Shown: piece after piece, positions 49,561 through 59,593 of the stretch | Layout: each line of letters begins with the position of its first letter | How positions within the stretch are numbered: the first letter of the stretch is position 1 | Origin: Bigelowiella natans CCMP2755 | Taxonomy: Eukaryota > Protista > Cercozoa | Direction: 5' to 3' | NCBI GenBank assembly: GCA_000320545.1 | Contig: ADNK01003381.1 | Coordinates: forward strand, 5,772-69,771 | DNA length: 64,000 bases | Notes under the pieces: generated by a model | What the model was told of the DNA's origin: nothing | The model's input: the letters and a program-made list of their open reading frames with translations, nothing else | Database searches by the model: none | Made by a program: the position numbers and the translations under genes

Positions 49561-50402
49561 CCTTACATGAAGCTGTTGCACAAAGAGACGGGGATACGAT
49601 CGATCGACTTATGGAGATCGATAATATCAACGTCGAGGCCAAGAATAACAATGGACTCACACCCCTTTACTATGCTGCTTGGAATGGCCATATTGATGCG
49701 GTGCAGTACCTGGTGGAGAAGGCCAACGCCGACGTCGAGGCCAAGAATAACGATGGATGGACACCCCTCCACCGTGCTGCTCGCAATGGCCATGTTCATG
49801 CGGTGCAGTACCTCGTGGAGAAGGCCAACGCCAACGTCGAGGCCAAGAATAACTATGGATCGACACCTCTCCACTATGCTGCTCGACATGGCCATGTTGA
49901 TGCGGTGCAGTACCTCGTGGAGAAGGCCAACGCCAACGTCGAGGCCAGGGATGTGATCGGATACACACCTCTCCACTGTGCTGCTGACAATGGCCATGTT
50001 GATGCGATGCAGTACCTGGTGGAGAAGGCCAACGCCAACGTCGAGGCCAATAATAACGATGGATGGACACCCCTCCACCATGCTGCTCGACTTGGCCGTG
50101 TTGATGCGGTGCAGTACCTGGTGGAGAAGGCCAACGCCAACGTCGAGGCCAAGGATAGCCGCGGAAAGACACCGCTTGATATTGCGAGTCCAGGCTCTGT
50201 AAAAGATTATCTAAAGAAGGTATTCGCATTATCACCTCTTTGTCGCCGCATCAATTTCAAAAAAACAAATCATTCTTTTATCACATCGCAGGCTGTACAA
50301 GCTCGAAGAAAGAAGGAACAGGTAAGCGAGTGCAGAGTAGAAAAAACAGTCAAAAAAATTAAAGATAGTTTAGCAAGAAGAATATTAATGGCTGAGTATT
50401 GA
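49561..50402 (+). CDS. Ankyrin-repeat array (~6 near-identical 99-bp repeats)
   Basis: Repeated GHVDAVQYLVEKANANVEAK, capped N-terminally by LHEAVAQRDG...MEIDNIN; a donor after ...DYLKK and a coiled-coil exon follow. Confidence 0.93.
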
Positions 50403-50680
50403 TGTCACATTCACTGCAGCATGTGCAACATTGTGACATCTTGTCATGTAAGAAGAAGAAGAGCATATCTTCAAACATTTTAAGGGAGGAGAGGAGGAAA
50501 GTGAGAAAGAGAAGTGAGAAAACGATATGGGTGTTCTCAAGAGAACATGAGAGGAAAGAAATTTCATTTCTTCATCATTAAAGTTGGTTTGACATGCAAC
50601 TTTCCATTGATGGAATTATTTTTCAAAGCTCTTTCTCGAAGCTTGTTGAAAAACCGTTTTCATTAATGCATACATTTAGG

Positions 50681-51320
50681 CATTACTCGATGCTGCAAGA
50701 CGAGGGGATGTACATGCGATACGTCATTTTGTGGAAATCGATAACATCAACGTCGAGGCCAGGGATGTGATCGGATACACACCTCTCCACGCTGCTGCTC
50801 GACATGGCCATATTGATGTGGTGCAGTACCTTGTGGAGAAGGCCGACGCCAACGTCGAGGCCAAGAGTAGGTTTGGATGGACACCCCTCCACCGTGCTGC
50901 TGATATTGGCTTTATTGATGTGGTGCAGTACCTTGTGGAGAAGGCCAACGCCAACGTCGAGGCGAAGGATATATATGGATACACACCTTTACATCGTGCT
51001 GCTCGTAATGGCCATGTTGATGCGGTGCGGTACCTTGTGAACAAGGCTAATGCTGACGTCCACACTAAAAGCAAACGTGGAGTGACACTGCTAAGTTCTG
51101 CAAAAGGGTGTGCTGTTAAAGAGTACCTGAAAGAGGTATTACCATAATCGTCATCCTTCTATTTCGTTCAAGGTCTTGCTGATGATTATATATAACCACG
51201 AATAGGCTATCCAAGCACAGAAAGAAGCGCTGCTAAGGGTTGAGAAGAAATTAGTAGCTGAGAAGGTGAGCAAGTTAAAAGATAAAAGAGGAGCCAAGAG
51301 AGAAGAATAATTTGATATGG
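50681..51320 (+). CDS. Second ankyrin array (~3 repeats) plus coiled-coil exon; tandem duplicate of the previous block
   Basis: ALLDAARRG...EIDNINVEAR...; downstream AIQAQKEALLRVEKK parallels AVQARRKK.. after the first array. Confidence 0.88.
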
Positions 51321-52486
51321 ACCGCACATCGATATATTTTGCTATGACAACGTCATAACTCATAAGCGAAAGACGCTAAAATAATAAGGGTGAGAGAATA
51401 GGAGGGCTGTGTATGGAGCGAGAGTTAGAGAAATGTAGGTGACCTCCACAAATCCATACCATTTTGTCCGTTTTTTTCAGTAGCAGATTTATCACATTCT
51501 TTACAATAAATATAGGATGTCGATAGGATATAGAGTATTAGACTATTGCACGTATATTCCTCAGCCATTATTATATTATGTTTCCAAGGGAGATATGGAT
51601 ACGACAACACACCGCCCTGAGAAAGCAGATAACGCTAGCATTCTGGAGAAGGTATCCTCATTTGAACTGTGCAAGCGCCCAAACGAATATGCTTTCCTCT
51701 CTAATACTAAAAAAGATTTTGATGCAACTTACTACTCTGAATATGGAAGAGGAGCTTCATTTAAGCAAGGTATCTTTTGAAAGACTATGGGGTGTATACG
51801 TGGTCTGAGAGTGAATTATGTGTGTATATACTCGTGAACCTTGCTACATCGGCTACAATCTATGACGAATCGCAAGTGATTTTTGAACATGCTATCTATA
51901 TATTGTAAACATGTGATCTATGATTAGAGGAGTACCTCTCAAGCTATCATCCAAAAGGCCGAAAAGATCTTATACGGGTTTGTCATCACATTTTACGCAA
52001 AACTAAAGAGAGGGAGAAAATGATGAGTTTTTGACACCACACACGCACTACACCCTTGAATACATATAGCTGTGTATGGGTCTACGCTGTATCACGAGGC
52101 TGGTTTAAATTTCCAATCATCTTATATCTCATCAGGGATGCCAGAAAGGCTTCAAAGGCAGAAATACAAAAACCTGGAGGTGTGTGCATAATAATGTGCA
52201 TGTTTTCCATGTGAGACGTGCTGTACGCACTTAGTGATTATGACTGCTAGATGCGGTTGCTCTAATCGGATTACGCATTTCAGGCCATATTGGAGAGGAT
52301 ACACAAATGGACGCCGTTCGTCGAGAACTTTTATCTTTAATAGCTAAGGTGTTAATTGTGTATACTATTATTATAATACTAGCATGCGTGTTGGCCTACA
52401 ATAATGTTTCAGCAAAATAGCGCACTACATATCTACACTATATTTGTCCCGCTGTGGAATAAACGACTGAATCATAGCAACTGCCG

Positions 52487-53494
52487 TTGCAGGTAAAGAA
52501 CGAGAACTTAGAGCATTCGTCTTCGTCATCTAAATTGTTGGGAAAGCGTAATCGATCTGAACAAGACGCCCTATCCTTGGATCAACAAAAGCAAAAACTT
52601 CTACAAACCGAGGTGATTTGCGTGCAATACCATTTTAGTAGAACAAGACTAATCGCTATCGAGTCATCAAAATATACCCTCGACGGAGACTCAATGTGAC
52701 ACAACGTTATCATCAGGTGGTGGGGGGAGATCACATCGTTGTCATCAAGGGATTGATTCCGGACGATTACAAAGATGTTCGAAACAACAACACGTACCTT
52801 TGGATAAACGGAGAACATCGCATAAAAGACATCGTTCAAGTCTTTAAGCCTATCCAGAGCAAGCATGTAGTGAAATACGACTATGATGAGACGGTAGAGC
52901 TGCATGGAGACGCTGATGAGAAATTAGCAGTGAGGTTTCTACGGTCTGATAATGGAACAGTCCAGAGGATAACGCACAAACGTAAGGAATCCGCCACAAT
53001 TCACCTCAGCGGAGAGATCATCCTCAAAAGCAACTTCCCCATTGAAAAGTTAGAGCTATTAGACGAAGATATGAAGCCCATCAAGAACAAAAAGTATAAG
53101 TGGTTGCTGTATGATGAGCCATGGAAGCGGCAGCAGCGGCAGCATCCTCTCGATTCTACATCATTTGCTAAGTTTGATTCATCTTGGAAACTTTCTAAAA
53201 GGGTTAAATTATCACCTAAATTGTCTTCGAAAGTTAAACCTCAAATTGCTGAATACGTACGTAAAACCGAGAAACATCATATCAAGAATGTTGATAACTC
53301 AATGAAAACAGAAACGACACAGGTACATTCAATTAATTACGATTCTGAAGGGATGATTTTGGTATGTTCTCTGTGTTTCCGATTGGCATACAACATAATA
53401 GATTTTCTAATAAACGTTGATCGGAAATAATATTCATTTCATTGTTTTATAGAAATCGGCCATACGAGTAAATAAGGAACCTGGAATTAATTGA
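52487..53494 (+). CDS. Domain-X family gene, copy 3 (upstream exons likely from ~51580)
   Basis: VRNNNTYLWING...IHLSGEIILKSNFPIEKLELLDED; upstream exon VKNE...LLGKRNRS; last exon 53453-53494 KSAIRVNKEPGIN*. Confidence 0.7.
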
Positions 53495-53499
53495 TTAGG

Positions 53500-54120
53500 C
53501 TTTGTCGGCCTTCTAGCCTTGCTAGCTTGTCTTGTTGTGGACTCCCTCAGCAGTTCTAGAGTTTAGAGATACTGCGCTTTTGTGAAAAATTCGACATTTA
53601 TCTAGATGTCATACGCGCCAATCTAGCAATGATCTATTTTCTGAATACATATTATTAACATCTACACATCTATGTATGCTAGTATGTCTAGATGTTAAAG
53701 TGAAACCTTCATGCTAGCTAGCTAGCATGCTAGAATCGTTCTAGCGTTACCACATTATTACATGATGCCATCTAGGCATGCTTATACGTAACGGTAGACA
53801 TTTTAGAGAGACGTCTAGACGATTTAGAGAGCACTTCTAGACTTCTAGGCTTAATCTAGCTCCAGCTAGCTAGCTAGCTGTGGGATAGTACATCACATGC
53901 CTTCTAGCCTTGCTAGCTTGTGCTAGCTTGAATCTGCGCAACATGTGCTGCGCATGTACGTGCATTCATGTGCATTCAATGAAAGCCTTCACACATAAAT
54001 ACGATGTCTAGATGTCAGAATATGCATCCCCAGCAGTAGCTAGAGAGCAGCAGCGTTACACATGGAGTAATTTGTCGATGTAGTGGAACGCAACATTCTA
54101 GCATTCTAGCAACCAAGCAG
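53500..54120. other. CTAG-saturated intergenic block H
   Basis: 27 CTAG tetramers counted by eye in ~600 bp; 23-bp direct repeat gccttctagccttgctagcttgt at 53508 and 53899. Confidence 0.85.
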
Positions 54121-54339
54121 GCTAACTTTGTTGTTATTATTTGTTGTTAGAAATAAATTTTAATAATTCACTATACACGTTATATTCACGTTATATTTAT
54201 TGCTAAGAATTACTTACTAAATAACTCTAATCGATAAAATAAAGTGTTAAGAACGGTAAATACAATTTAAATTCCGTTCGCAGATACTGCAGTGCATTAG
54301 CAACATGCTTGCATTCGAGATTGGAGGAAGAAATCCTTT

Positions 54340-55449
54340 CTACTTTGATGCCAGTACCTCAGGTACCGCCCAGGTATTTCTATCTTTCAGAGCGAACCGT
54401 ACATCTACCGGAATGAACCCTATGACGCCATGGATAATTTTGTGTAAATTTCATCATCATCACTACAACATCTTTGAGAAAAACTGTACCAATTCCGAAT
54501 GAGTTTTTCTTATAACCATGGTAGAATTCCATCGCATTACCACTGTGCAACTGAAGAACCGAGACATGAGCGTTGAATAATATGAACGTTCTAAAAGAAA
54601 AACTTACCTTATTTGTTTTAATATATTTTTCGAGGGCGGGGTAGCAACGATGAACCATCAACAATATACTCAAGAAGCCAAGTTGGGGAATAAACTTCCA
54701 CTTAGCTTCCACGGTTTTGCAACCCTAAGATTTTTTAGGTAAGAATATTATACGCGCAGAACTAAAAATCGAGAATACCTACTAAAAATCGAGAATACCT
54801 GAAGCAAAAATGTTTTATATCCTGCCTTCAGTAGGCATTCCTTTGCACTAGCATCTATCGATTGAAGATATCATTGAGACCATGAAAACCACAATGGAGA
54901 ATTTGGTCATTACCAAGGTCCTCTTCCATAACTCCGACAGCCCACCTAAAAGGTAGAACTAAATGATTCGAAATATAACTCAAAAACAGAAAGCAGACAA
55001 ACCTCGTCTTATCCTCAGGAGTTTTCTCAGGATCATCATAGTACACGCCTACCTAACGTGAATATAGACAAAAGTAAATGGTAGGCCCATATTTCTAATG
55101 GTAGGACTCATATTTCTTACCATCCTTGCGTTGTGATCGCAATTTTCCCAATGAGTGCAGAAAGCGCTTTAAATGCCGGTCCAACCTGAGAACATCTCAT
55201 CGTCACACAAAACTACATTAACCCAAATGTTCTCTACCTTCTTCATTCCTCCCGTGTAGTACTTGTAAATGATTTGTTTAGGCTTCACATCCTCAACAGA
55301 AACCTGAAAGTCATGGGTTTCTTCAACAAAGTAGGTTTCTCTCGTTCCATCAACAATACCGTGGGCCAGGTAAACACTACCAGCTGCGCGAGAAAGCCGA
55401 CGAATAGCACAAGAGCACTGACACCGAGAGCGATCCAGGGCGGACTCAT
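54340..55449 (-). CDS. TEX264-like protein (N-terminal TM + GyrI-like domain), multi-exon
   Basis: TM MSPPWIALGVSALVLFVGFLAQLVVF; KYYTGGMKK|VGPAF; GVYYDDPEKTPEDKTR|WAVG; FIPQLGFLSILLMVHRCYPALEKYIK; AMEFY; WAVPE. These parallel TEX264 motifs (AVYYDNP..VPPDKCRCAVG, RRVHPALDTYIK, FYVPE). Confidence 0.78.
54761..54800 (+). repeat. Perfect 20-bp tandem repeat x2 in an intron
   Basis: actaaaaatcgagaatacct twice. Confidence 0.9.
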
Positions 55450-55967
55450 TGTTTGGGCTTTGATAGGTTGTGCAGGCGGGGCTCGGAAGACCTTCAGTCG
55501 TGTTTGTACAAACACGACGGAAGGTCTTCCTTCTATTTTCTGCCAATAAATGCAATGGATTTGTTTCCAACGACAAGCCTATAAGACCCCTTCGCCCAAA
55601 ATAGTCCTTACGAGCCCACAATTCAAGTCAGATGGATGCCTATAATTCGCGGTTTTTTTAGCAAAATAAATCTCATTTGATGGATTATTTGGTTGTCTCT
55701 CTGAAGATTATGTCAGAAATCGCTCTCGTCTGCAGTGCGACACAACGTCTTTGGGCTGAACAAAGAGAAACTTCTTCATCTATATTGCCCTCTATTTCTA
55801 GGAGAAGTATGGGTGCGTGCATTCCCCCTCCAGATTCGGTCAGCAACCTGGTAGAATATCACCCACGTAGACTCTCGACCCAAGCAATCAGGGCTGGAGG
55901 GACGCACCTGAATGCAGAGTAGTATGCAGTCGAAATTGCAGTCTCAAGAAGTCGAAAATCATTCCTA

Positions 55968-57407
55968 ATGTTGCGTTTGATAAGACGGTCTACCTTAATC
56001 ACTCTTTTTTGTGCTGTCTCTAGCCTGATCTGTGTGCAGATCTTCGTCGCCGCGCAGTTCTACTTTCATGAGCCTCGCAGCCTTCTCGTAGATGAAATGA
56101 AAGCTACTTTCACCGGGAAAGACCCCGCGAAAGCGCTGGATTCCCATGATGTGGGCGGAAAGCAGGAGTCCCGACACTTTTTCAACCTCCCCAAAGGCTG
56201 GCTCAAGCTCGACACGGCGCGGGTGTTTGTGGGCGGGTTCTCCAACGGAGCAGATTTCGCACACCAGTTCCACCTTGCCTTCTCGGGGAAGATCAGCGGT
56301 GCATGCATTGTGGCCGGTCAGCCATACCACTGCGCCACCACTTACTTTGGCGGCTCCGACCCCCTGGTTATGAAGCTCAGTGGGAATTCTGTGCCATTCT
56401 GCCACAACTGCGATTATGACAGCACTACTTATAGTCTGTATACACTCTCCGAGGACCACTGCAAGCGCTGGCCCGACATCGTTGACATCAGTAGGCTCAT
56501 CGACTATGTGAATAGGGATCCAGACCTTGATGACACAAGCAACCTCAGAGATCCGAGGCAACGAGTCTTTCTATTTCGAGCCACAAAAGACGAGACTTAT
56601 CTCCCTGGGTCCGTCGCTGGTGTCCAGGGGCTTTACGCTCAGCTGATGCAAGATTCTAACGAGCAGGTTCTGTTCGAACACAGTGTCGAAGGTGGGCACG
56701 GGTTCATCGTCAGCAGGGATTATGATGTGGCCGAAGAATGCCTCAAGCATGTTGTCTTTGGAGGAACGAAGCTGATACAAAGGACGGGGGGTAACAGCGC
56801 TAGTAGCGGTAGCGGCGAAGGTGGGAGCGAAACTAGAAGCGACATGCAAGGCCCAGCAGATGGCGCGATTGATTACAGCAACCTTTACTCTTTCAATCAG
56901 CGACAGTTCGAAAAAGACGACGATCGGAGCGCAGGCTTTGGCCTCAAGGCATGGATTTACGTCCCTAAAGCATGCCAGGCTAATACAACGGTCCCCAGCT
57001 CGATATCACGAGGGCGTAGCGATGGGAAAGGAACGGATAACAATGGCAATGAGAAGAGTGGGAACGATAAAGCGAGTTTAGACGAAAATAAAGGGGATAT
57101 GTGCCCCCTCTTTGTGTGGTTCAACCCGTGTGGGGATGACGGACTTCATTACGACGTTGGAGCGTTTGAGGGCTGGGCAGAGACGAACAGCATTGTGGTT
57201 CTTAGGCCAACGGTGATTCGGAACAACTGTGAATTGCGTGGCTCAGCGCATGGATGCGGCGGAGCAGTGACCCGCGGATGTTGGGATGTCTACGGATATC
57301 ATGGCAAAGATTATGCGAAGAGATCTGGGCCACACATGAGACTCGCAAATCGGGTCATTCAGTACGTCCTGGATCGGCGATTTACCGACGGCGCTGATGG
57401 GGATTAG
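55968..57407 (+). CDS. Intronless poly(3-hydroxybutyrate) depolymerase-like esterase with an N-terminal signal/anchor
   Basis: VGGFSNGADFAHQFHLAFS...AGQPYHCA, FLFRATKDET, GGHGF, IYVPKAC, WAETNSIVVL.P and GCWDVYGY match the fungal/bacterial circularly permuted PHB-depolymerase pattern. Confidence 0.85.
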   Translation: MLRLIRRSTLITLFCAVSSLICVQIFVAAQFYFHEPRSLLVDEMKATFTGKDPAKALDSHDVGGKQESRHFFNLPKGWLKLDTARVFVGGFSNGADFAHQFHLAFSGKISGACIVAGQPYHCATTYFGGSDPLVMKLSGNSVPFCHNCDYDSTTYSLYTLSEDHCKRWPDIVDISRLIDYVNRDPDLDDTSNLRDPRQRVFLFRATKDETYLPGSVAGVQGLYAQLMQDSNEQVLFEHSVEGGHGFIVSRDYDVAEECLKHVVFGGTKLIQRTGGNSASSGSGEGGSETRSDMQGPADGAIDYSNLYSFNQRQFEKDDDRSAGFGLKAWIYVPKACQANTTVPSSISRGRSDGKGTDNNGNEKSGNDKASLDENKGDMCPLFVWFNPCGDDGLHYDVGAFEGWAETNSIVVLRPTVIRNNCELRGSAHGCGGAVTRGCWDVYGYHGKDYAKRSGPHMRLANRVIQYVLDRRFTDGADGD

Positions 57408-57539
57408 ATTAACTAATGAATTTTAATGATAGTCGTCAGAGAACAGGTCTTTGACAAAAATAGCGTATTCTAATAGACCAAGAAATCGGAGGACAAATGA
57501 TGTGTTCATATTCATAAAAACAGAGTTAATGATGATAGA

Positions 57540-58670
57540 CATGCAATACACAATATATATAATATATATAGTGTATTGCTGTGTCTATTACAAGTATGGC
57601 TCGAAAATTTGAGTCGAAGCAAAGGTTCTCAGTTTCCTCACATGCACCAAACATGTCTTCTCCATGTTCCAAGCGGTTGCATCATTGTGCGATTTGAAAT
57701 GCATGCAACGACTGGCAGTCACACGCGGATGAAATCAATTGAATGCTTCTGCGCCCCATTCAACATCTTTGCATGAGATCGATGCATTTTCTGTCATTGC
57801 CACATCGCAAATTGCAAGCTTCAATGTTTTTGCATGTTCTTAGACATGTGCACAGTTTTCACATGATCAAGTTTTCGATTTGTAAGAATTCAAAGATGTG
57901 TCATCATTGTTTAACATCATCACAACGTTCATCATTGTCATCATCATCAGTGTCATGAAAACGAGCTACCGCCCTTTCTTCGGGGGGTCAGCGCGGAACA
58001 TGGGGCGGTGTAATTACACGATGGGACGAATGACATTGTTGTGTGCAGCTCATGTATGCAAGAAGCTTGTTGTTTGTGCATGTGCAATGAAGAGCCTAGC
58101 TTTGTGCACATCGATGATCCCAAATTGAGATGAATGGATTGATGTTGTTGAGCGTGCAACACACAAGGCAGTCCATGAAATTGGATGGTATATACTTATG
58201 ATAGACATGCAATGCACAACACATACAACATGTGTAGTGCATTGCTGTGTCCATTGCAATGTTTCATTGAGCTTCACAGCATCGGTGTTCATGTCAAGCG
58301 TCCTGACGGCTGTCATTGATTCAACATGATTTCTTGCAAAAACAGCGCACCTGACAGAAAGTGGCATGCAAGCAACATTGTAGCAGCCATGCTCAAGCGG
58401 AGCACAATGGACAATGGCGCACATGAAGCTAGCTAGCTAGCTGCGCTGTGCTGCGTGGTCTAGTGGTGTTGCTGACATTGCGCATTTCATCGATTCTGCA
58501 TGAATCAAATGCATCCCAATGCATGCTAGCATGCGGTGCCTCATGCTCACTCGTCGCACTTGAGCGCCATGTGTGCATACACGATGTACATGCATGTTGC
58601 TGTGTCCATCATTGTGACGGTGTGTTCGAGCCTAGTCACATTCTGACTGCATCAATTATTCATTTCACCT
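57540..58670. other. CATG/TGCA-rich intergenic block I
   Basis: Immediately 3' of the PHB-depolymerase stop; dense acatgt/gcatgc/tgcaat words and gctagctagctag. Confidence 0.8.
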
Positions 58671-59593
58671 GAATGAAATGTGGATTCCTTGTAGGTAACA
58701 CTGCGTCATACCCTTGTCTCTCCAGTGAAATGTCCTCAAAATATGGCGTGTTTTCGTTCAATTGTTACGGAAAATCAAACTAGAGAAAGCTTGAAAAGGA
58801 ACGCAAGAAGTTGGCTGTTCGGACAGCAGCAGAATCGGGCTCGGTAACGCCCACGTGCGATCACACGGGCCATCCACTTGCGACAACCTACAAGCCGTAT
58901 ATATCGTAGAATTGGTCTCTGTTTTAGTCTGTGCGTCAACTTGTCGGTCGATAGGAAGAGAGAACAGCAGGACTCACTCGTGCACGCGCCTAGGTCTAGG
59001 AAGGAGGAGGGTGAGAACGATCGCCGTCGTGAGAGCGAGTAGACCCCGAGCCAGTCTGGTAGAATTTCCGAGTGGAAATTGCATTGAAGGTACGTTCTTT
59101 CTGGGGAATTGTGAGCTCTCGCTTTCATGCTGGGAAGGAATGGTATGGAGGGGATGCACGTCCGATGCACCAATCAATCCGAGCGAGATATTCCCTTCAA
59201 TTTCTAGACCACACAAACTCGAAACATGCATTATCACGTAGTGAGGGTAGGGTTCTTCGAGCATAATTCTTCCTCGATTTTCACCAACAGGGGCGGTGGA
59301 TCTTACACGAGAGGAGCTGCCGTGCCAGAGAACAGTCATCTATCGTCATCAAGTAAGCACTGCGGAAACGAAAAGCGGCGTAATTTCCCGTTTGCAGATC
59401 TAGCAACAAGATAGGTTCCTCAAAATCGAAGAAGAAATATACTGTGCCCTCTTCCCGTGGTGTCACTTTGGCAGCAGCAGGGTAGGTTCCCTCTACTATC
59501 TTGAGTAGTCACTCATCCATCCCATGATTGTCCTCATTCGTGTCAATAAATGGACCGTAAGAATTTCGCAGAAATAGTGGCCTTGTTATTTCC

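Noticed and set aside
49563-50235. Long antisense and alternative-frame ORFs over the ankyrin arrays (also 20911-21549)
   Set aside because: Shadow ORFs produced by the repetitive sense-strand coding sequence.
49611-51050. Regular ~99-bp repeats with variable interiors as a CRISPR-like array
   Set aside because: They are in-frame ankyrin codons; no cas genes; eukaryotic context.
17990-53510. Inverted homology between ~17990-18150 and ~53370-53510 as terminal inverted repeats of a 35-kb transposon
   Set aside because: The match is imperfect and corresponds to the last intron and exon of two paralogous genes; there is no TSD or transposase, and the interior holds ordinary host genes.
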